Shown one piece after another: positions 57,623-64,000 of a stretch of DNA of 64,000 nucleotides. The translations under genes were made by a program, and so were the position numbers. Under the pieces are notes generated by a model. It did no database searches. It saw nothing but the letters and a program-made list of their open reading frames with translations, and was not told where the DNA came from. Source of the stretch: Anaerohalosphaeraceae bacterium (GTDB lineage: Bacteria; Planctomycetota; Phycisphaerae; Sedimentisphaerales; Anaerohalosphaeraceae); NCBI GenBank assembly GCA_050309605.1, contig JBNRMN010000096.1:21827-85826 (forward strand), in the 5' to 3' direction. Each line of letters begins with the position of its first letter. Position 1 is the first letter of the stretch.

Positions 57623-60250
57623 ATGCTGAAGATTCATGCTTTCTGTGTAGAATTTATCTTGATTTTGTTCGCGGTGTTTGGCGCCGGCTGTGCCGCAGCG
57701 CAAATGGAATTAACCTATCATAACCCTGTCTGGGAGGGCTATCTGGCCGATCCGCAGGTGCTGTGTGTTGACGGGGTCTATTACGCCTACGGCACCGGCC
57801 CGGCTGACGAGAACGGCCGTCAGTTTCCCGTCCTGCGTTCGGATGATTTTGTCACCTGGACGTATCTTGGCGGGGCGCTGGAGTCGGTGGCCGACCCGGC
57901 CATTCGGGACTATTGGGCGCCGGAAGTCGCTCATCACAATGGACGGTTTTATTTGTATTATGCCGGCGATCAGAAGATGCGCGTGGCGGTGTCCGATCAT
58001 CCGGAAGGGCCGTTTAAGGATACCGGACGGCTGTTGTTTCCCGACGAGCCGTTCTCGATTGACGGCCATCCGTTTTTTGACCCGGTCAGCGCGCAGTGGT
58101 ATCTGTTTTTCGCAAAAGACTTTTTTGATCAGCGTGTCGGCACCGCCCTGGCGGTGGTGCGGCTGGGCGAGGATATGATCTCGACGGTCGGTCCGGTGAC
58201 AACCGTTCTGCGGGCGTTTTCCGATTGGCAAATTTACGAGCGCAACCGAACCCTTTATGACCAATTATGGGAGGCCTGGCACACGGTCGAGGGGCCGTTC
58301 GTGGTCTATCGGGACGGGAGGTATTATTGTTTTTACTCCGGCGGCAACTGGCAGACGCCCGGCTACGGGGTGGGCTGCGCCGTGGCTGAGAACGTTACCG
58401 GTCCTTATCGTGACCGGTGGAGCATCGAGAAGGCCTCTGTGATCAGCACGATCCCGGGTCAACTCATCGGTCCGGGGCATAATTCCGTCATCCTTGCCCC
58501 GGACAACCAGACGTATTTTATGGCGTATCATTCCTGGAATACCGAACGAACCAAGCGCCAAATGTGTATTGATCCGATAGTCTGGACAGAACAGGGTCCC
58601 AAGGTCCTGAACCCTTCGCGCGGGGTCAAGACGGTTCGCTTGCCGCTTTCGTCCTCGGCGACGGGACGGTCGGCTGATGATGCAAAAGACGTTGCCCCGG
58701 CCTTGTTCGGCACCTTTGTCAATCCGGTTTATGAGGGTGCTGACCCGTTTGTCTATAAGCATACCGACGGCTATTATTATTTCTGCCAGTCCGAAGGCGA
58801 TAAGGGCATCTCCATCTGGAAATCCGATCGACTCACCGATAAAGGGATCAAACGTATTGTCTGGCTTAGTCCGGAGACGGGCTGGAACAGTTCGAATGTC
58901 TGGGCGCCGGAAATCCATTATCTCAACGATAAGTGGTATATTTACTATGCCGCCGATGACGGCGACAATGCCAACCATCGCACGGGCGTACTGGAAAGCG
59001 TTACCCAGGATGCCCAGGGCGACTATATCGACAGAGGCATTGTCTATACCGGCGATCATATCGAAACCGGTCGGGACAATCGCTGGGCGATTGATGCGAC
59101 TCCGCTGCAAATGAATGGCAGGCTGTATCTGATCTGGTCGGGCTGGCTGGGTCAGGATGATGACATTCAGTCGCTTTATATTGCCGAGATGGAAAATCCC
59201 TGGACAACCAAAACAAACCGTGTCAAGATTGCCGACAACGACACGTATGTCTGGGAGCGCGTCTCGGAAAATCCGACTCTTAAGGGATTGAACGAAGGGC
59301 CGCAAATCCTGAAAAATGACGGCAGGATTTATGTGATTTATTCGTGCAGCAACTCGTGGGGGCCGACCTATAAGCTGGGGCAGCTTTCCATTCAGGAAGG
59401 CGACGACCCGATGAATCCGGCGAACTGGACCAAGAAGAGCACGCCGGTTTTTCAGGGCAGCCAGACCGTTCACGGCGTCGGCCATGCGATGTTTACGACC
59501 TCTGCCGATGATACGGAACACTGGATCGTATATCATTCAAAAATATCGCCGCAATCCGGCTGGCAGCGTAACGTCAGGATACAGCCGTTTACGTTCCGTG
59601 CGGACGGATCGCCTGATTTCGGGACGCCGTATGACGCCGGCCGCGTCCTGAAAAGACCGTCCGGCGAACCGCTGCCGAAGCGCGCAAGCCGATTTGGCGA
59701 CGACTTTGAGGGCAATCATTGGGACAACTGGTGCTATTATGGATTCAACCGGTTTATTGATGTTCAAAACGGTCGGCTGATGCTGGGGTATAATCCGGGC
59801 TGGGGTATTGCCAATCATTATCGGTCGGGTGAGAAAGCGATTGTGCGTGATCGAGTCTGGGATGACGTTGTCTTGCAGACCCGAGTCAAGATTGTGGAAG
59901 GGCATCGAGACGCCGGTGTGATTTTTCGCGTCCATCATCCGTCGGTCGGATATGATGCGATGAAGGGCTATTTTGCGGGGATTATCCCCGGTACGCAAAA
60001 GGCGGTTCTGGGCAAAATGGACGGAACAAACTGGACGGAGCTGGCGCTGGTGGATTTTCCCTGCCAAGTCAATCGATGGTATCGGCTGAAAGTGGTTGCA
60101 GAAAAGGATAAAATCAGGGTGTTTGTGGATGACCGGCCGGTTATCGAGAAGGAGGATGACACATATGCAATCGGCTATGCCGGCGTTCGCGTCGTGGATG
60201 TCTATGCCGAGTTTGATGATATTGAAGTATCCGCGGTCTCCATTCGGTAG
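57623..60250 (+). CDS. Secreted tandem GH43-GH43 glycoside hydrolase with C-terminal beta-sandwich domain
   Basis: Two sets of ADP / WAPE / ID / EGP motifs; signal peptide. Confidence 0.9.
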   Translation: MLKIHAFCVEFILILFAVFGAGCAAAQMELTYHNPVWEGYLADPQVLCVDGVYYAYGTGPADENGRQFPVLRSDDFVTWTYLGGALESVADPAIRDYWAPEVAHHNGRFYLYYAGDQKMRVAVSDHPEGPFKDTGRLLFPDEPFSIDGHPFFDPVSAQWYLFFAKDFFDQRVGTALAVVRLGEDMISTVGPVTTVLRAFSDWQIYERNRTLYDQLWEAWHTVEGPFVVYRDGRYYCFYSGGNWQTPGYGVGCAVAENVTGPYRDRWSIEKASVISTIPGQLIGPGHNSVILAPDNQTYFMAYHSWNTERTKRQMCIDPIVWTEQGPKVLNPSRGVKTVRLPLSSSATGRSADDAKDVAPALFGTFVNPVYEGADPFVYKHTDGYYYFCQSEGDKGISIWKSDRLTDKGIKRIVWLSPETGWNSSNVWAPEIHYLNDKWYIYYAADDGDNANHRTGVLESVTQDAQGDYIDRGIVYTGDHIETGRDNRWAIDATPLQMNGRLYLIWSGWLGQDDDIQSLYIAEMENPWTTKTNRVKIADNDTYVWERVSENPTLKGLNEGPQILKNDGRIYVIYSCSNSWGPTYKLGQLSIQEGDDPMNPANWTKKSTPVFQGSQTVHGVGHAMFTTSADDTEHWIVYHSKISPQSGWQRNVRIQPFTFRADGSPDFGTPYDAGRVLKRPSGEPLPKRASRFGDDFEGNHWDNWCYYGFNRFIDVQNGRLMLGYNPGWGIANHYRSGEKAIVRDRVWDDVVLQTRVKIVEGHRDAGVIFRVHHPSVGYDAMKGYFAGIIPGTQKAVLGKMDGTNWTELALVDFPCQVNRWYRLKVVAEKDKIRVFVDDRPVIEKEDDTYAIGYAGVRVVDVYAEFDDIEVSAVSIR

Positions 60251-60436
60251 GCCGGCGGTCTGGTGCGGTGACTGCGGAAATTTGCGGCCGGGACTATTTT
60301 CGTTTGGTGTTTTTGGCGTTCCGTGGACTAATTTGCTTGCAAAACGCAACCGGGTGACGTACAATGACCATCGGTTTAATTCAGCCGTTGCGGCGCGGGC
60401 CGGCGGCAGAGATAAGTACTTGAAAAAAAGAAAGTT

Positions 60437-60510
<74 letters not shown>

Positions 60511-60639
60511 GTTAATTTTTTTTGCTTTTTTAGCCCAAAAACGCGGTTTTTAAGCCAAAAACGCAGATTTTATACATCATTCTGGATACAAAATGGATTC
60601 CTTGTAAGTCCCCCAAATTCCCTATTTTTCCCCATCGCG

Positions 60640-60689
60640 GGGACAAATAAAGGGACAAATAAATTTTTGTCCCTTGACAGGTTGTCCCC
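60640..60689. repeat. Candidate integrase arm-type binding repeats
   Basis: GGGACAAATAAA x2 in tandem (60640-60663) followed by inverted TTTGTCCC and TTGTCCCC. Confidence 0.7.
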
Positions 60690-60703
60690 GTTTGGTGTAT
60701 GCT
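60674..60703 (+). promoter_or_regulatory. Candidate integrase promoter
   Basis: TTGACA-18 nt-TATGCT, interleaved with the inverted GGGACAA repeats. Confidence 0.55.
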
Positions 60704-60745
60704 TGAGGACGTGCTGAACGCGACAAAACAATCTGATTTATCGAC

Positions 60746-60797
60746 GACCGCCGGAGAACGCCCCACCGCGTTCAGCACACCCCGGCGGTCTTTTTTT
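60746..60797 (+). terminator. Intrinsic terminator-like structure in the integrase leader
   Basis: GACCGCCGG/CCGGCGGTC 9-bp stem (27-nt loop) followed by T7. Confidence 0.55.
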
Positions 60798-60811
60798 GGA
60801 AGGGTTGAAAG

Positions 60812-62134
60812 ATGAGGTTGTACAAACACAATTTCACCAAAGACGGCAAACAGGCTAAATCAGATCGGTACTATACGGATGTTCGGATAGAAGGCCGACG
60901 GTTCCGGCTGGCACTGTTTCCGAGCAAATCCCTAAGCGAAAAAACCGCGCGGCGAATCGAAGAACTGGTTGGGCTTAAACTTGCGGGCGAATCGCCGGGC
61001 GCGGATATGCAAAAATGGATTGCACAGCAGCCGCCAGAGTTTATCAAGCGGCTGGCCAAAATCGGCCTGATCAGCGGTTCACGGGCGGCGGCAGGGACAG
61101 CGATTAATCAGCATATCAAGTCGTTCAGGGCGCACTTGCTGGCGTCCGGCGTAACGTCCAAACAGGCCGAACAACAAAGCAATCGAGCCGAGCGAGTCCT
61201 GTCCGAGGCCGGATGCCGGAGCCTTCAGGACATTACCAGCGGGAAAATCCTGCTGGCGATTGATCGCCTGAAAAAACAGGTATCCCGAAAAAATCCCAAA
61301 ACCGGCAAGGTCGAATCTGTTGATACCGCCGAGGTCGTTTCGCCGATGACGAAGCGCCACCATATCCGCGCGATCAAGCAATTTACGAAATGGCTTCAAT
61401 CCGAAGGGGCGATGCCCGTTGATCCGCTGGTGAATCTGGCCATCAGGAATGTTCAAATCACAAATCAGCGGCGCGCCCTATCACAGGATGAGGCGGCATA
61501 CCTGATCGAATGGGTATCGACGAAGGGCGGCTTCGCCTTCAATATGAGCGGGCCGGAACGCGGGCTGGTGTATCAGTTGGCTTTGGAGACCGGCCTTCGT
61601 CGGGATGAAATTCGCAGTCTAAAACGCACCAGTTTTGATTTTGACGGGCTTTCGATCAAGATCGATAGTGCTTACACCAAAAACCGAAAAGCCGCTACGC
61701 TGCCTCTCAGAGCGACCACAGCGGCAAAGATCAAAGACCACCTAAAAAACAAAATGCCAAACGCACCGGCCTTTGGTCTGACGGACAATCATTCGGCGCG
61801 GATGCTTCAGGCCGATATGACGGCGGCGCGGGCTGACTGGATTGATGCCGTCAAAGATGATCCTGTTGAGCATCGGCGGCGCGTCGAATCTGATTTTCTG
61901 AAAGTCGAAACACACGAAGGCAAGGTAGATTTCCACTGCTTAAGGCATACGTTCGCAACGTGGCTGGTTCAGGGCGGCGTGGACATTAAGACGGCTCAGG
62001 TATTGCTCAGGCATTCTACGCCATCGATGACTTTGGGAATCTACGCACACGCGCAGAGCGAAAATTTGTCGCGCGCAATTAACGGGCTGCCGACCTTTGA
62101 GCGGCAGGCCGAGGCGAAAAACAGGCAGGCGTAA
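60812..62134 (+). CDS. Tyrosine recombinase/integrase
   Basis: TGLRRDEI (R), TKN (K), FHCLRH (HxxR), LLRH and TLGIY (Y). Confidence 0.95.
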   Translation: MRLYKHNFTKDGKQAKSDRYYTDVRIEGRRFRLALFPSKSLSEKTARRIEELVGLKLAGESPGADMQKWIAQQPPEFIKRLAKIGLISGSRAAAGTAINQHIKSFRAHLLASGVTSKQAEQQSNRAERVLSEAGCRSLQDITSGKILLAIDRLKKQVSRKNPKTGKVESVDTAEVVSPMTKRHHIRAIKQFTKWLQSEGAMPVDPLVNLAIRNVQITNQRRALSQDEAAYLIEWVSTKGGFAFNMSGPERGLVYQLALETGLRRDEIRSLKRTSFDFDGLSIKIDSAYTKNRKAATLPLRATTAAKIKDHLKNKMPNAPAFGLTDNHSARMLQADMTAARADWIDAVKDDPVEHRRRVESDFLKVETHEGKVDFHCLRHTFATWLVQGGVDIKTAQVLLRHSTPSMTLGIYAHAQSENLSRAINGLPTFERQAEAKNRQA

Positions 62135-62142
62135 ACAAACAT

Positions 62143-62195
62143 AGCGCGGATAGGCCGACGGGCCGAAAAGTGGGTAGTCCACCACCTGCCGCGCT
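62143..62195 (+). ncRNA. Candidate structured RNA downstream of the integrase (possibly int-alpA-like motif)
   Basis: AGCGCGG/CCGCGCT closing stem, TAGG/CCTG, CCGAAAAG linker and GTGG/CCAC hairpin. Confidence 0.45.
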
Positions 62196-62225
62196 TCTAC
62201 TTTTGGACGGCAAAAGGACAAAGCA

Positions 62226-62990
62226 ATGGAAAAAATCAATCTTGAGACGGTTGACGAAATCGCAAGAAACGACATTGCCGCCATTGTCGGGGGCAATTCG
62301 GCTGGCTGGCAAAAAAAACTCATAAGTTTAGCCGGGGAATCAGCTCGAATCATCTGGCTGGCCGCCACGCAAGGCAAGAGCACGTGTCCGCCAGAGCACA
62401 TCTTCAAACTGATTCGTTTGTACGAACGCGCCAAACCTGAAAAAAAGCGGAGCGATGCAGACAAGGTGGTTTTGACGTTTTGCGTTAAAATCATCGTGGC
62501 AATGGAAACTGCGTCGGGTTTTGATCGCGTCAAGGCGGCAGTGGAGATCGAGCCTTGCGAACTCGCGCGGTGGTGGGCCGAGACTTCTAAAAACATAAGA
62601 CGCCGGTTTGTGTTCTCAAGTCTGCGCGACGCCGACAGGGAGATTCAACGCGCGATCGCGGCGGTTTCCGCAGGCCAGGCAAGCCTACGAAGCACCGCCG
62701 AGAATACACCTCAGGCGGCGATTGAGGCCGCTTATCAAAGTTATCGACACGCCATTCAAAAGGCGGGATTAAAGACCGACAAAGAGGTTTATTCGTGGCT
62801 GGAAGATCACCCGATTGACGAGTATGATTTGCCGGCCTTCGAGACCTGGAAAACTTACGTTTCAAGGGGCAGGGCGTTTTACAAGACCCGCAAGAACGCA
62901 CCACGAGCCGGGCGGTCTGTCCGCGCTCCAAAAGCGGCTGATGACCCTGATTTGTTGCGGCAAATCACAAAGCAATTTGACAAAAATTGA
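62226..62990 (+). CDS. Hypothetical protein of the integrated element
   Basis: 254-aa ORF with AAGGA RBS; no family recognised. Confidence 0.75.
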   Translation: MEKINLETVDEIARNDIAAIVGGNSAGWQKKLISLAGESARIIWLAATQGKSTCPPEHIFKLIRLYERAKPEKKRSDADKVVLTFCVKIIVAMETASGFDRVKAAVEIEPCELARWWAETSKNIRRRFVFSSLRDADREIQRAIAAVSAGQASLRSTAENTPQAAIEAAYQSYRHAIQKAGLKTDKEVYSWLEDHPIDEYDLPAFETWKTYVSRGRAFYKTRKNAPRAGRSVRAPKAADDPDLLRQITKQFDKN

Positions 62991-63046
62991 CGAAAATTGA
63001 TTTTTTGAAAAATCAACTTTTTTCCAAACCCTCATTTTTAAGCCAT

Positions 63047-63079
63047 AAAAGCGGATTTTTGCGGAGTCCGCTTTTTTTT
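63047..63079. terminator. Probable bidirectional intrinsic terminator
   Basis: AAAA-GCGGATT-loop-AGTCCGC-T8. Confidence 0.55.
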
Positions 63080-63145
63080 GTGCCGTCAATTTTCTGAAGG
63101 ACAGAAAGACGCACGAAAAAAACAACGTTTTTTATGAGGGCAAAA

Positions 63146-63346
63146 ATGAGGTACTTCACAACACTTGAGGCGGCGCGGCGGTTGGGCATTTCGATCAGTA
63201 AACTGCAACGCGCGATCTGGCTTGGCAAAATCGACAAACCGGAACGTGGGCCGGGCGGCGCGTATCTTTGGGACGAGGCTGCCCTAAATCGGGCCAGTTG
63301 GCAATTACTCGGAAGGGCGTACGAGGGGGCGACCGATGAACATTGA
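63146..63346 (+). CDS. Small HTH (excisionase/MerR-like) protein
   Basis: FTTLEAARRLGISISKL...GKI..P; alternative start at 63134. Confidence 0.7.
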   Translation: MRYFTTLEAARRLGISISKLQRAIWLGKIDKPERGPGGAYLWDEAALNRASWQLLGRAYEGATDEH

Positions 63347-63542
63347 TCCCCTGCTGATTTCCTATCGTGATGTCTGCCGGATGCTCTCGATTGGCAAAAA
63401 CGCATTCTTTACTATGAGGCAGTCTGGCCGATTTCCCATTAAGGCGATTCGGCTGGGCGGGTCGGTTCGGTACAACCGGCGTGAAGTGGAACGGTGGATC
63501 GAGGCGGGCTGTCCGCCGTACTGGCGAGGGGGTAGCCGATGA
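63336..63542 (+). CDS. AlpA/excisionase-like DNA-binding protein
   Basis: LLISYRDVCRMLSIGK...GRFP..IRLGGSVRY...EVERWI. Confidence 0.85.
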   Translation: MNIDPLLISYRDVCRMLSIGKNAFFTMRQSGRFPIKAIRLGGSVRYNRREVERWIEAGCPPYWRGGSR

Positions 63543-63742
63543 CTTTCGAGAACGCACAGGTTGGGCCTGTTTTTCCGCTGGCCGGAACTATCGACCGACA
63601 GCGGCAAAGGGCTAAAGACTTGATCGATCGGGCCGACCCCGTAACCGTACAGATCACGCTTGACCTGTTGTCGCAGATTCACAAACAACAAAAACTAAAG
63701 GCCGACTATCTGGCAATGTTGCAAGAGGAGCGCGAACAGTGA
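63539..63742 (+). CDS. Small hypothetical protein
   Basis: ATGA overlap with the upstream gene and GTGA overlap with the downstream gene. Confidence 0.65.
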   Translation: MTFENAQVGPVFPLAGTIDRQRQRAKDLIDRADPVTVQITLDLLSQIHKQQKLKADYLAMLQEEREQ

Positions 63743-64000
63743 GCAAATTCTACAAACTGCCGATGGACATAGCCGAGCGTAAAGACCTGCTGCCGAGCGA
63801 TAAACTGGTCTATGCTGTAATTGCGGATTGTTTTAGCGGTAAGGCTATATGCTGGCCGGGCAAACGTTATCTGATGAGGCGGACAGGGCTTGCGGACAAA
63901 ACTGTTTGCGAAGCGATTCATCGACTTGAGGATGCGGGAGTTCTTATCGTGGAGCGACGGGGGATCGGAAGATCGACCTGCTTCAGGTTGCCGCGTGAAA
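63739..64000 (+). CDS. Winged-HTH phage replication initiator-like protein (3' truncated; not in the ORF track)
   Basis: GTG start after GAGGAG; MSKFYKLPMDIAERKDLLPSDKLVYAVIADCFSGKAICWPGKRYLMRRTGLADKTVCEAIHRLEDAGVLIVERR. Confidence 0.75.
   Translation, partial: MSKFYKLPMDIAERKDLLPSDKLVYAVIADCFSGKAICWPGKRYLMRRTGLADKTVCEAIHRLEDAGVLIVERRGIGRSTCFRLPRE

Larger units (their letters stand above)
60511..64000 (+). mobile_element. Left end of a tRNA-integrated element (phage satellite/prophage-like); continues beyond the window
   Basis: Tyrosine integrase next to the tRNA 3' end, arm-type repeats, two small HTH genes and an HTH replication-initiator-like gene. Confidence 0.85.

Noticed and set aside
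57326..57703. 126-aa N-terminal extension of the minus-strand dehydrogenase in the ORF track
   Set aside because: It crosses the AT-rich divergent promoter region and overlaps the GH43 start; a good RBS precedes ATG 57325

Overview
Bacterial chromosomal window, most consistent with a Planctomycetota (Phycisphaerae-like) genome. That call is an inference from gene content (PEP-CTERM and dockerin-like surface proteins, Tat-exported Gfo/Idh/MocA proteins, DUF1080/DUF6807, HTH-PTS EIIA fusion). Left to right: prfB 3' end and pepA; an ion-transport operon (HTH-EIIA, cation/H+ antiporter-CBS, ClC-CBS); folE plus a PTPS; a long surface-polysaccharide region (about 8-34 kb) interrupted by a HEPN/MNT pair, surface proteins and a frameshifted four-helix-bundle gene flanked by heptamer repeats; a hexuronate operon (SDR, LarA-family epimerase, gnd, uxaC) divergent from a ROK regulator and two Gfo/Idh/MocA genes, one fused to DUF1080 and a CBM; a 1197-aa pentapeptide-repeat PEP-CTERM protein; argH, thiL, a YgiQ radical SAM, a deleted symporter pseudogene, a third nucleotide-sugar dehydrogenase and a tandem GH43. 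The window ends with tRNA-Arg(TCG) followed by the left end of an integrated phage-satellite/prophage-like element. Best leads: (1) heptamer inverted-repeat elements present as filled (four-helix-bundle cassette) and empty sites; (2) a structured integrase leader with crossing helices, a terminator and a coupled uORF; (3) a Thermotoga-type mannonate-to-gluconate hexuronate route; (4) a single-chain oxidoreductase-DUF1080-CBM enzyme. No database searches were run; all family calls rest on motif recognition.
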